Under the pieces are notes generated by a model. That model saw only the letters and a list, made by a program, of their open reading frames with translations, did no database searches and was not told where the DNA came from. A stretch of 64,000 nt of DNA, from contig OY760937.1 of NCBI GenBank assembly GCA_963664225.1, positions 896,001 through 960,000 of the forward strand, given 5' to 3'. The DNA is from Verrucomicrobiia bacterium (GTDB lineage Bacteria > Verrucomicrobiota > Verrucomicrobiia > Limisphaerales > UBA1319). The position numbers and the translations under genes are program-made. Position 1 is the first letter of the stretch. The number at the start of each line of letters is the position of its first letter. Below are positions 39,046-49,136 of the stretch, in pieces.

Positions 39046-41256
39046 TTATCTTAGCTTCGTTGAAAATGATCGCGGTCCGACGTTTGACATGTTCCATGAC
39101 TCGAAGCCAATTCGCGCTGCCGGGGAGCCCGACTTCAGATTGAAGTTCCCATGCGCCGGATCCACAAATAGCGGGTCTTCGATTATGCTATTCCGATCCT
39201 GACCTGCGTTTTGCCACTGGTCGAAACTCATTTGGGCGAAGAGGACCGGTTTGCCGGATGCGTTCCAGTAAAGATTGCGATCAAACACGCAAACGTTGGT
39301 TCCGCAATTGCCGCCATCATAGTCCCCAACCGCTTTCCCCTCCGTGAAAAAGAGGAGGTTGCGATGGAAGGAAAGCTCGAAGCCGCCCATGCCGCCGCGA
39401 TCCATTTGAGCGGCCCGATTCAAGGCAAAGATGTTGTTTTCCACTGTAATATCGTGGTTGTGGTGGGCGAACAAGGCGCCGTCCTGGCAGCGGTAAACGA
39501 GGTTGTTCTGGATCAGGATGTCGTGGCTGCCCTCATCTGGATAGATCCCCCAACCACCATACTCACGCCGCGTAATATCATGCACCACGTTGTGGGCGAT
39601 GCGACTGCCGGGAGCGCTACAGGTGTAAATTCCGGCCAGATCGCTAAGCATCCCCTGACCGATGTCATGCACATGGTTGTATTCGATGATATTGCCCATG
39701 GCCTCGGATGGCCCAAAATCCTGGACCGATCCCACGGAGATTCCCGAGTAGAACAAGTCGTAAATGTGATTGTGAATAACCTTGTTGCCGGCATTGTCGC
39801 CAACGAATACGCCCGCCGCTTCCGGGGTAAATCTTCCGCAGTGGGCAATTTCGTTGTCAGCCACCGTGACCCGCTGGCTGTGCGGGCCTTTTGGCATCGC
39901 GGCTTTGCGCCTGATTCCGCGCTCGGTCAGTTGGCCAGATCCATCCGTTTCCCATGAGAAAAAGTGACCAATCCTGATTCCGCCTGCGCCGATGTCCCTG
40001 ATTTGGTTGCGAGCGATCGCAATGTCCGAGCAGCCCACGCTCACCTCGGCGCCGCTGTTACCGATGTGTTCAATGCCGCCATCTGTGACCGCGCATCGTT
40101 CGGCGTATTCAAAAAGCAGCGCGCCGGGCACTTCCACGGCGGACTGTAGCGATGAGGCATAGTCGGCTGGCGGCTGCCATTCGGTGTGCGCAAAAACACA
40201 ACCCTCAAAGTGGAGGTCATGGACCGGGGCGTCGGCACGGCCGATTACACGCAGAACTTGCTGGAGGCACGGTGCGATGATCACGGCCGATTGCATTTCC
40301 TCACCGGCAGGCGGGAGATAGTATAAAACACCGTTTGGACGGTCCAGATACCATTGGCCGGGTGTGTCCAACGCCTCCATGACGTTCTCAACCCAGTAGG
40401 GCCCCGGTGCGCTTCCCGAAAGGAGGGCAAAGAGACTTGGACGGTCAAAGGTGACTGTGCGAGTTTGGGCGTTAATGCTCTCGACGGGCAAACGATTGTC
40501 CTGCCACTTCGTGATTCCCACAATCTCCACGTCTCGTAAATTGCGCCAGGTGGGCACAATATCGCCCGGCGCATAAATGAACTCCTTTGTCGGATTGCGA
40601 AGAAAATCCCCCGTATAGCCGGGCAGCGATTCGATGTGATAATCCCCTTGCCTGGGCAGCCTGGTTCTCGGACGGCGGGCACCGTTGACAAAGAGTTGGC
40701 GGAATCGCCATTGGCCTTGCTTCACCTTTGAAAGGTCCACCACCCAGGCCTTGCGACCATTGATTTCACCCCAACGACCGCCTCCCAAACGACGGCCACC
40801 ACTCAGGATGACCTTTTCTCCAGTGGCCGCCGCATAAACCACCGGCGCTTTTTCCGTTCCCGAATCTTCGGGGCCGAACTCCAGCGGCGACTCAAGATGG
40901 TATGTTCCTCCGCGAAGCAGGACATTCACGCGTCGCGGTTCCTTTTGAGTCTTGAGCAACGCCCGAACGGCCTCGCGCGCGCGCGCCACCGTCGCAAATG
41001 GTCCATCATTCCCGCCCGGTTCGGCCATTTTCCCCGACCACAGATCCTTGCCTCGCGGAGATACGAAGAAATCTGCGGTTCCCGGATTTTTGGAAGGCGC
41101 CGACGCTACTTCCTCCAGCCAGGTTTGAGAATGCGCCGTTACAAGCAATAGGCTCAGCGTCAAAGCGGTAACCACCGCCCTGATCCCAGTCAGCATGTCA
41201 ACCGTCCTGTTTCGCATGGCAAGTTTCAGTTGTTTTCGTTTTCGACGCGTGTTCAT
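39046..41256 (-). CDS. Right-handed parallel beta-helix glycosidase, GH141-like
   Basis: FFVSPRG.D..SG, GPFATV.RAR.AVR, LRGGTY, EDSG, QLFVNG, LDTPGQWYLD, GIYPDEGS; PbH repeats; signal peptide. Confidence 0.75.
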   Translation of the reverse strand: MNTRRKRKQLKLAMRNRTVDMLTGIRAVVTALTLSLLLVTAHSQTWLEEVASAPSKNPGTADFFVSPRGKDLWSGKMAEPGGNDGPFATVARAREAVRALLKTQKEPRRVNVLLRGGTYHLESPLEFGPEDSGTEKAPVVYAAATGEKVILSGGRRLGGGRWGEINGRKAWVVDLSKVKQGQWRFRQLFVNGARRPRTRLPRQGDYHIESLPGYTGDFLRNPTKEFIYAPGDIVPTWRNLRDVEIVGITKWQDNRLPVESINAQTRTVTFDRPSLFALLSGSAPGPYWVENVMEALDTPGQWYLDRPNGVLYYLPPAGEEMQSAVIIAPCLQQVLRVIGRADAPVHDLHFEGCVFAHTEWQPPADYASSLQSAVEVPGALLFEYAERCAVTDGGIEHIGNSGAEVSVGCSDIAIARNQIRDIGAGGIRIGHFFSWETDGSGQLTERGIRRKAAMPKGPHSQRVTVADNEIAHCGRFTPEAAGVFVGDNAGNKVIHNHIYDLFYSGISVGSVQDFGPSEAMGNIIEYNHVHDIGQGMLSDLAGIYTCSAPGSRIAHNVVHDITRREYGGWGIYPDEGSHDILIQNNLVYRCQDGALFAHHNHDITVENNIFALNRAAQMDRGGMGGFELSFHRNLLFFTEGKAVGDYDGGNCGTNVCVFDRNLYWNASGKPVLFAQMSFDQWQNAGQDRNSIIEDPLFVDPAHGNFNLKSGSPAARIGFESWNMSNVGPRSFSTKLR

Positions 41257-41522
41257 TCAAGGCGCCAACACAAATGGATCAAAAGGGAGAATGATCAGCC
41301 GGGCGGCCCCTGGCAAGACTTGACGACGCGCCCTGCGAATTCGGGCATGTTGGAAGTTGGTTGACGAGAGAAATGCGGATGCTAAGGATAAACAAAACAC
41401 ACGACATCCGAAGACCATGGTTTATCCTCAGATCGAAATACTATATGCATGGGGAAACTCGATCCTGGTCGCTGAAACTGATCAATCTTATTTCAAATCC
41501 GCGCTGCCGGACAAAAACGAAC

Positions 41523-42758
41523 ATGAAAAACATCCACAATTTAAAGGCCGCAATGGCAACAATGGCCGCTTGCGTGGTCTGCTGCGGTGGGCCGAGTCTT
41601 TCTGCCGGGGATTGGCCTCAGTGGCGCGGTCCGAGTCGTGATGGCAAAGTCAGCGGCTTTACCGCCCCAGAGAAATGGCCGACGAACCTGGTGCAAAAAT
41701 GGAGCACACCGGTCGGCAAGGGCGATTCCTCGCCCGTCCTTGTGGGCGAGAAGCTCTATACTTTCGGACGAAAGGACACGGACGAATTGGTTCAGTGCCT
41801 GGACTCCTCCACCGGCAAGACACTCTGGGAGGCGAAATATCCGGGTGACTACGTCGTAACAGGTCCCCCGGCCCGACACCCCGGTCCGAGGAGCACGCCG
41901 GTGGTCGCCGAAGGCAAGATCTGCACGTTGGGTGTCGGAGGTATTCTCTCCTGCTTCGATGCCACCAAGGGAACGCTCCTCTGGCGCAAACAAACCACCA
42001 ACGATTATCTCGGCATTCCATACAAGTCCGATTCCTCGATGTCTCCGATTGTCGAGGACGGGCTGTGCCTGGTTCACGTCGGCAAAAACACGAACGCAGC
42101 GGTCATCGCCTTCGATCTGGGCCGCGGCGAGGTCAAATGGAAATGGGATAGCGACGGCCCGGGCAATTCCTCGCCGGTGATCATGACCATGGGCGGGAAA
42201 AAACAAGTGGTCACCCTGACTTCAAAAAATCTCGTTGGCCTCTCGCTGGCCGATGGCAAATCACTGTGGCAGGTGCCGTTTGAAGCGACCCAGGGGAACA
42301 ACACGACACCCGTCATTGATGGTTCGACCGTGATCTACACCGGCCAGGGCAAGGGATTGTTTGCCGTGAAGATTGAAGCGCAGGGCGAAAACTACACCGC
42401 AACGCCTTTGTGGGCGAACATGAAACTGGGCGCACGGTTCACGACCCCAATCCTTAAAGATGGTGCGGTTTTCGGCTATAACAACAGTTTCTTTTGCGCC
42501 AGTGCCAAAACCGGTGAGACCCTCTGGACCGATGGCACGAAAAGCGGCCAAAATGCGGCGTTGCTCGACGCCGGATCGCAGCTTTTAGCCATTACGCAAA
42601 ATGGAGATTTTGTTGCCTTCAAACCGAGCCAGACGGAATATGCCGAGTTGGCGCGCATCAAGGTTGCGAGCACGGAACTCTGGGCGCATCCCGTTGTTGC
42701 GGGGAACAGAATATTCATCAGGGATGGTGAGACGGTGAGCTTGTGGAATATTGAGTAG
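41523..42758 (+). CDS. Secreted PQQ-like (BamB-type) beta-propeller protein
   Basis: Signal peptide then GDWPQWRGP; SSPV, TGKTLW, STPVV, WAHPVVAG. Confidence 0.85.
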   Translation: MKNIHNLKAAMATMAACVVCCGGPSLSAGDWPQWRGPSRDGKVSGFTAPEKWPTNLVQKWSTPVGKGDSSPVLVGEKLYTFGRKDTDELVQCLDSSTGKTLWEAKYPGDYVVTGPPARHPGPRSTPVVAEGKICTLGVGGILSCFDATKGTLLWRKQTTNDYLGIPYKSDSSMSPIVEDGLCLVHVGKNTNAAVIAFDLGRGEVKWKWDSDGPGNSSPVIMTMGGKKQVVTLTSKNLVGLSLADGKSLWQVPFEATQGNNTTPVIDGSTVIYTGQGKGLFAVKIEAQGENYTATPLWANMKLGARFTTPILKDGAVFGYNNSFFCASAKTGETLWTDGTKSGQNAALLDAGSQLLAITQNGDFVAFKPSQTEYAELARIKVASTELWAHPVVAGNRIFIRDGETVSLWNIE

Positions 42759-42786
42759 AACTACTTCGATCCACATTAACAAAACG

Positions 42787-43908
42787 ATGCGCATTATCAC
42801 CATGCAAAACTCCATCACGGCCGCATTCCATATCAGAACGCTTAATCATGTGGCATTAGCCGCATTGGGCCTCGCGCTCCTCGTCCCGGGCTGCCGAACC
42901 AATGCCCCGGAAATGTCGAAGTCCACCCCAGCCCTCAAAGCGCTGCCGCAATTCACGGCAGCCAATGTTCCCGTTGTCGGGCCCGAGGAAATCCCGATTG
43001 ATCCGCCCAATTGGATCGTATCCACGAATGAAACGCCCGCTGATTTTCCGGGCAATGGGCTTGCCCAGCACCCGATGCTTTACATCGGGGAAGGCTGCAA
43101 CAAAATGTTTCTGATCAATGACGGCAAAATCATTTGGACCTATTCGACAGGAAAAGGCTGGGAATATGACGATATCTGGATGATGTCCAACGGGAACATT
43201 CTCTTCTCCCGCATGGCGTGGGCCGCGGAGGTGACGCCACAAAAGAAGATTGTCTGGCGCATGGATGCCCCCAAGGGAACCGAAATTCATTCTGTCCAGC
43301 CCATCGGTCTGGACAAGGTGCTGGTCATGCAAAACGGCACGCCTGCCAAACTCATGGTCATCAACAAGAAGACCGGGGTCGTGGAAGTGGAGCATGCCCT
43401 TCCTTCCACCCTTACCGGGGAAGGGGTTCATGGCCAGTTCCGCCGTGCCCGCATAACGGCCCAGGGAACCTATCTCCTGCCGCTACTCCAGATGGGCAAG
43501 GTCATCGAGTATGACAAAGACTTTAATGAAATCTGGTCCTACAAAATTCCCAAACCCTGGGCCGCAATCCGGTTGAAAAATGGAAACACGCTCATCAGTG
43601 ATGAAAGTGACGAGCTCGCCCGCGAGGTGAATCCCAAAGGCGAGACAGTCTGGGAGTTCAACCTCAAGACGGACCTGCCGCCCGAGATCGGGTTTTCCGG
43701 CAGCCAAAGCTGCGTGCGCCTGGCCAACGGCAACACCCTCTTTTGCTCGAGAGCCGATGGAGGCAAGAGACCGCAGTTGGTTGAAGTCACGCCGGACAAA
43801 AAAGTTGTCTGGGTTCTTAAAGATTGGAAAAATCTTGGCCCGGCGACGGCCGTCCAGATCCTCGACGATCCGGGTGTTCCCGAAAACCCCGGCGAATTGC
43901 AGCGTTGA
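42787..43908 (+). CDS. Lipoprotein with beta-propeller repeats, function unknown
   Basis: Lipobox LVPGC; repeated RL.NGNTL, EV.P...VW units. Confidence 0.7.
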   Translation: MRIITMQNSITAAFHIRTLNHVALAALGLALLVPGCRTNAPEMSKSTPALKALPQFTAANVPVVGPEEIPIDPPNWIVSTNETPADFPGNGLAQHPMLYIGEGCNKMFLINDGKIIWTYSTGKGWEYDDIWMMSNGNILFSRMAWAAEVTPQKKIVWRMDAPKGTEIHSVQPIGLDKVLVMQNGTPAKLMVINKKTGVVEVEHALPSTLTGEGVHGQFRRARITAQGTYLLPLLQMGKVIEYDKDFNEIWSYKIPKPWAAIRLKNGNTLISDESDELAREVNPKGETVWEFNLKTDLPPEIGFSGSQSCVRLANGNTLFCSRADGGKRPQLVEVTPDKKVVWVLKDWKNLGPATAVQILDDPGVPENPGELQR

Positions 43909-44176
43909 GGCGTTGTTCCGCTCAGGTAATGAGTTTGGGATTCTCGCAAATGGAAGGGATGCCTGTGATGAATTCCGAATGGGGCCCGAATTTGCCGGCG
44001 GGTTTGACGGTTTTGAGCTGGCATCGCCCAATGAGCGTGGGTAGATTTGCACCCGTGCCCCCACTGCCATCCCGAATGCATTGGAAGATGGATTGCAAAC
44101 CGCCTCCGCTGGGCGGCGGGGAGGTTGATTTCCAAGGCCATTTCGACCACTCTCAGGCGCCAATAAACACAAAACC

Positions 44177-46018
44177 ATGAAGCTGCACGCCATCGACCTT
44201 GCCATCATCGTGACCTACTTCGCGGCGGTCATTCTCATCGGCCTGTGGGTTTCACGGCGAGGGTCCAAAGACCTGGATGCCTATTTTCTCGGAGGAAAAT
44301 CACTACGGTGGTACTTGCTCGGAGTCTCGGACGCTTCCGGCATGTTCGACATCAGCGGGACCATGTGGATGGTTTACATTCTTTTTGCGTATGGCGCCAA
44401 GAGCATCTGGCTGCCGTTCCTGTGGCCGGTGTTCAACCAGGTGTTCCTGATGATGTTTCTGAGCGCGTGGCTGCGTCGATCCAACGCAATGACGGGCGCG
44501 GAATGGATTCAAACCCGCTTCGGCCGCGGCACCGGAGCGAACCTCGCCCATCTGAGCGTGGTGTTCTTTGCGCTGGTGAACGTGATCGGCATGCTGGCCT
44601 ATGCGTTCAAGGGAATTGGCAAGTTCGCGGTGGTCATGCTGCCCTGGCATTTCACCAGCCAGACCACCGGGGTGGTGACCGATGAAAATATTTACGCCAT
44701 CATCATTCTGGGTCTCACATCGCTCTACGCAATCAAAGGGGGAATGGTCAGCGTCGTCATCACGGAGATCATGCAATTCTGCATTTTGACTGTGACATCC
44801 ATCACCATCGGGATCATCGCGATCTGGAAGGTTTCCCCGGAGATGATTCAAAAGGTTGTTCCGGCAGGCTGGGATAATCCGTTCTTCGGCTGGAAACTGG
44901 GCATCGATTGGACCGGCATCTTCGACAAGGTCAATGACACGCTCAAGGCCGACGGAAACGAATTCTTCATGATCATCTTTGGAATGATGTTCTTCAAAGG
45001 CGTGCTGGCGAGTCTGGCCGGGCCTGCGCCGAATTACGACATGCAGCGCATTCTGGCCACCCGCAACCCGCGCGAGGCGTCGCTCATGAATGGCATGGTC
45101 AACACGGTGCTCTATTTCCCGCGCTACATGATGATCACCGGCATCACCGTGCTGGCCCTGGCATTCTGCATGACGGACCTGCGCTCGATGGACAAGCCTG
45201 ATTTCGAAAAGATCCTGCCCATCGTGCTGACGCAATATGTGCCGGCGGGCGTGGTGGGCTTCCTGCTGGCGGGCTTGCTCGCGGCGTTCATGTCGAATTT
45301 CGCCGCCACCATCAATTCCGCTCCGGCCTACATCGTGAACGACATTTATAAGCGGTTCATCAATCCACAAGTCGCCCCCAAGACGCAAGTCACCATGAGC
45401 CGCTTTGCATGCCTGGGAGTGTTATTCGTCGGAATTCTCTTCGGTCTGTTGGCCACTCGAATTACGGACATCATGATGTGGATCGTGGGCGCGCTTTACG
45501 GTGGTTACGTCATGGCCAACGTGCTGAAGTGGTATTGGTGGCGGTTCAATGGTTATGGCTATTTCTGGGGCATGGTGTCCGGCATTGTCAGCGCGATGTT
45601 CATGCCAGACGTGGCAAAAATGGTGCTCGGCCACCCCGTCAGCAACTCGCTCTATTTGTTCCCGGCGATCTTCATCATCTCTGTCATAGGCTGCTTCCTC
45701 GGCACGTTTTTGGGCCAGGCCGAAGACGAGGCCACTTTGAAGAATTTCTACAAAACGGTGAATCCATGGGGTTTCTGGGGGCCCATTCGGAAAAAAGTCA
45801 TGCAGGAAGATCCGACCTTCATTCCGAATCCCAGTTTCAAGCGCGACACTGTGAATGTGCTCGTCGGCATCGTCTGGCAACTCTGCCTCACCGCGCTGCC
45901 GATATACATCGTGCTGCAGCACTGGTCCTGGGCTGGCGCCATCGCCGCCACGCTCCTCGTGACCACGATATTCATCAAGTTTAACTGGTATGACAAATTG
46001 GAGAAGGCCCGTGACTGA
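44177..46018 (+). CDS. Sodium:solute symporter (probable manno-oligosaccharide uptake)
   Basis: YFLGGKSLRW, QRILA, multiple TM helices; heads the mannan module. Confidence 0.9.
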   Translation: MKLHAIDLAIIVTYFAAVILIGLWVSRRGSKDLDAYFLGGKSLRWYLLGVSDASGMFDISGTMWMVYILFAYGAKSIWLPFLWPVFNQVFLMMFLSAWLRRSNAMTGAEWIQTRFGRGTGANLAHLSVVFFALVNVIGMLAYAFKGIGKFAVVMLPWHFTSQTTGVVTDENIYAIIILGLTSLYAIKGGMVSVVITEIMQFCILTVTSITIGIIAIWKVSPEMIQKVVPAGWDNPFFGWKLGIDWTGIFDKVNDTLKADGNEFFMIIFGMMFFKGVLASLAGPAPNYDMQRILATRNPREASLMNGMVNTVLYFPRYMMITGITVLALAFCMTDLRSMDKPDFEKILPIVLTQYVPAGVVGFLLAGLLAAFMSNFAATINSAPAYIVNDIYKRFINPQVAPKTQVTMSRFACLGVLFVGILFGLLATRITDIMMWIVGALYGGYVMANVLKWYWWRFNGYGYFWGMVSGIVSAMFMPDVAKMVLGHPVSNSLYLFPAIFIISVIGCFLGTFLGQAEDEATLKNFYKTVNPWGFWGPIRKKVMQEDPTFIPNPSFKRDTVNVLVGIVWQLCLTALPIYIVLQHWSWAGAIAATLLVTTIFIKFNWYDKLEKARD

Positions 46019-46037
46019 TTCCATCTGGAGAAATCCC

Positions 46038-47891
46038 ATGAAAAGAATCCTATTGTCCATCGCCGCGTTTACACTTGTGACGACCCTTCACGCCGCATCC
46101 CAATTCCACGACTTTGTTCGCGTGGAGGGCGACCAATTGGTCGAGGGAGGCAAGCCGTTTCGTTTCATATCATGGAACATTCCCAACCTGCATTTGATTG
46201 AGGACAATGTGCCGTTCGAGTTGGACGGCCCCGGCTCAAAGACCAACGCCGTGCTGGGGTGGCGGTGGCCCGATCGTTTTGAAATCAACGATGCGCTGTC
46301 TGCTGTGCGGCAAATGAATGGACAGGTGGTGCGCACCTATGTGCTTTCGGTTCAAAGGACGCAAGATTCTCCGAACATACCGCGCCACGTTTTTGCGCCC
46401 GGCAAATTCAACGAGGAAGGGTTCCGCGCGCTCGACCAGGTGCTGCAGATTGCCAATGAACAGGGCGTGCGGTTGATCATTCCCTTTGTGGATAACTGGC
46501 ATTGGTGGGGAGGTCGCGCCCAATACGCCGGTTTTCACGGAAAGACCAAGGACGATTTCTGGACCGATCCCGAAGTCATTGCCGATTTCAAGCAAACCAT
46601 CCGTTTTGCCATCACGCGCACCAATACGCTCACCGGCGTGCGCTACGCCGATGACAAGGCCATCCTCTGCTGGGAAACCGGCAATGAAGTGGACAGCCCG
46701 GCCTTATGGACGCGCGAAATCGCCGCCTATATCAAGTCGCTCGATAAAAACCATCTGGTCATGGACGGCTTTAATTCAACCGAGTTGCGCGAAGAATCCC
46801 TGACCATGCCGGAGGTGGATATTGTCACCACGCACCATTATCCGGGAGGCAACAAACCCTTCGCCCAGCTTATCCGGGAGAACGCTGCGCGCGCGAAAGG
46901 ACACAAGCCTTATGTTGTTGGCGAGTTCGGATTTGTGGGGACGAAGCAAATGGCCGAGGCGATTCAAGCGGTGCGTGAAACCCAGACCGCGGGCGCGCTG
47001 GCGTGGAGTCTCCGTGTGCGAAATTGCGACGGGGGCTTTTACTGGCATAGCGAGCCGGCTGGCGGCAACAAATACAAGGCCTTCCACTGGCCCGGTTCCC
47101 CCATGGGAAACGACTACGACGAAACCGCCTTCATGACCCTCATGCGGCAGGAGGCGTTTGCCATCCGCGGTTTGCCGGTGCCGGAAGTCCCCGTGCCTGA
47201 ATCGCCAACGCTTTTGCCGATCACCGATGCGAGCGCGATCTCCTGGCAAGGTTCAGTGGGTGCGTCGAGTTACATCGTCGAACGCGCGTACAAAAAGAGC
47301 GGTCCCTGGACAACCGTTGGCGACAACGTGGATGAGAGCTTTGTGCAATACCGGCCCTTGTTCAACGATGAGACGGCCCGCAAGGGCCGATGGTTCTATC
47401 GGGTAAGCGCGAAGAATGGCGCCGGAGTGTCCGCGCCTTCGAACGTGGTGGGGCCAGTGCGAGTGTCCCGGACCACTTTGGTGGACGAGTTGGCGGATTT
47501 TTCGAAGGTAAACGCCCGATCCGGCGAATTGGAAATCCAGTCCAGGGATTGCCGTTCGGCCATGGAAGACGCGCACCGGGCCAGCGGATCTGTGGGCAGC
47601 GCGCTGGTGTATCGCGTGGGTTCCCGAATCACCAAAGGACGAGTCTTTGTGTATTTCCCGAAGGATATTGCAGACCTGAAATTCAGTTTTTCGAGCAATG
47701 GTTCGACGTTTCGCACCGCGACGGTGAAGCGAACGGATTTTCCATTTGCCGTGGGCGATTACGGTTATTGGAGGCGCGCGGTTTATGAACTTCCATCGGC
47801 CGATGCGAACGATCGTTTTGTGAAAATTGAATTTACCGGCCCGGCCCAAATCGGGCGTGTGGAGATTCAGAACGAGGGGGAGGCAAAATGA
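46038..47891 (+). CDS. Secreted GH5 beta-mannanase with FN3-like and C-terminal beta-sandwich domains
   Basis: VRTYVLS, IIPFVDNW, acid/base WETGNE, HHY, nucleophile VGEFG, ALAWS. Confidence 0.85.
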   Translation: MKRILLSIAAFTLVTTLHAASQFHDFVRVEGDQLVEGGKPFRFISWNIPNLHLIEDNVPFELDGPGSKTNAVLGWRWPDRFEINDALSAVRQMNGQVVRTYVLSVQRTQDSPNIPRHVFAPGKFNEEGFRALDQVLQIANEQGVRLIIPFVDNWHWWGGRAQYAGFHGKTKDDFWTDPEVIADFKQTIRFAITRTNTLTGVRYADDKAILCWETGNEVDSPALWTREIAAYIKSLDKNHLVMDGFNSTELREESLTMPEVDIVTTHHYPGGNKPFAQLIRENAARAKGHKPYVVGEFGFVGTKQMAEAIQAVRETQTAGALAWSLRVRNCDGGFYWHSEPAGGNKYKAFHWPGSPMGNDYDETAFMTLMRQEAFAIRGLPVPEVPVPESPTLLPITDASAISWQGSVGASSYIVERAYKKSGPWTTVGDNVDESFVQYRPLFNDETARKGRWFYRVSAKNGAGVSAPSNVVGPVRVSRTTLVDELADFSKVNARSGELEIQSRDCRSAMEDAHRASGSVGSALVYRVGSRITKGRVFVYFPKDIADLKFSFSSNGSTFRTATVKRTDFPFAVGDYGYWRRAVYELPSADANDRFVKIEFTGPAQIGRVEIQNEGEAK

Positions 47892-49111
47892 AGCTTACTC
47901 TGAGTCCCGGTCAGACCGCCGATGCGCGCGACCTGGCGCAGCGCGTCCGCACGCAACTCTTTGGCCACATCCTGCCGTTCTGGTGCGGGCCTGCGGTGGA
48001 CCATGAACAGGGTGGCTGGATGGGTTGGCTGACCAACGATCTCAAGCCCGACCGCACGCAACCCAAGGGACTGATCGTGAACAGTCGCATTCTCTGGGCT
48101 TTCTCAGCGGTTCACCAGGTGAAGCCGGACCCGCTGTTTCGACAGATGGCCGAACGCGCTTTTAATTATGCGATGAACCGCTTTTGGGACACGCACCATG
48201 GCGGTGCTTTTTGGCGGCTGGACGATGCGGGCCGGATGTTGGACGACTCCAAAAAAATTTACGGTCAGGCGTTTTACATCTACGCGCTGGTGGAGTATTA
48301 CCGCGCATTTGGGTCCGCGCCAGCCGTGGCCCGCGCGATGGAGATGTTCGAATTGATCGAAAGCCACGCTCACGACGGTAAACATGGCGGCTACACTGAG
48401 GTTTGCGCCCGAGACTGGTCGGACGCCGGACCGGATGCGCGTCTGAGCGAGAAGGACCTGAACGAGAAGAAATCGATGAACAATCATCTTCACGTTCTGG
48501 AGGCCTATACCAACCTGTTTCGGGTCTCGGCGCTGCCAGAAGTGGAAGAACGTTTGCGCGAACTTTTGCAACTGTTTCTGGAGCGTATTCTGGATTCGCG
48601 GACGGGTCATATGAACCATTTCTTCGATGTAGAATGGCATGTGCGTTCAGACAGCTATACGTTCGGGCACGACATTGAGGCCAGTTGGCTTTTGTGGGAG
48701 GCCGCAGAAGCGCTGGGCGATCCCGCATTGTATGCGAAAACCCGCAAAACGGCCCTGCAAATGGCGGCCGTTGTTCGCGACGAAGGCCTTGGCGAAGACG
48801 GCGGTCTCTACTACGAAGGCAGGGGCGGCCAGACCATTGACCGCGGACGGGAGTGCTGGCCGCAGGCCGAAGCGGTCATTGGTTTCCTCAATGCCATGGA
48901 ACTAAGTGGCGATCCCAAGTATCTTGAGGATGCGCGGCGCGTCTGGCACTACGTGGAGCAAAACCTGGTGGACCATGTTCACGGTGAATGGTTCTGGCGC
49001 ATCGCTCCAGACGGCCGCCCGGATCCGAAATTGCCCAAGGTCAGCGAATGGAAAGGCCCATATCACGCCACACGCGCGTGTCTGGAAACCATGCGGCGTT
49101 TGGGTATATAA
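47888..49111 (+). CDS. Cellobiose/mannobiose 2-epimerase (AGE family)
   Basis: ILPFW, KGLIVNSRILWAFS, KIYGQAF, KSMNNHLHVLEAY, FGHDIEASWL, WPQAEA, WKGPYH. Confidence 0.92.
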   Translation: MKLTLSPGQTADARDLAQRVRTQLFGHILPFWCGPAVDHEQGGWMGWLTNDLKPDRTQPKGLIVNSRILWAFSAVHQVKPDPLFRQMAERAFNYAMNRFWDTHHGGAFWRLDDAGRMLDDSKKIYGQAFYIYALVEYYRAFGSAPAVARAMEMFELIESHAHDGKHGGYTEVCARDWSDAGPDARLSEKDLNEKKSMNNHLHVLEAYTNLFRVSALPEVEERLRELLQLFLERILDSRTGHMNHFFDVEWHVRSDSYTFGHDIEASWLLWEAAEALGDPALYAKTRKTALQMAAVVRDEGLGEDGGLYYEGRGGQTIDRGRECWPQAEAVIGFLNAMELSGDPKYLEDARRVWHYVEQNLVDHVHGEWFWRIAPDGRPDPKLPKVSEWKGPYHATRACLETMRRLGI

Positions 49112-49136
49112 TAGTCATTTGAATTATTCTTAAGTC

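Noticed and set aside
43909..44176. Regulatory RNA upstream of the SSS gene
   Set aside because: Only a small GC hairpin; no recognisable family.
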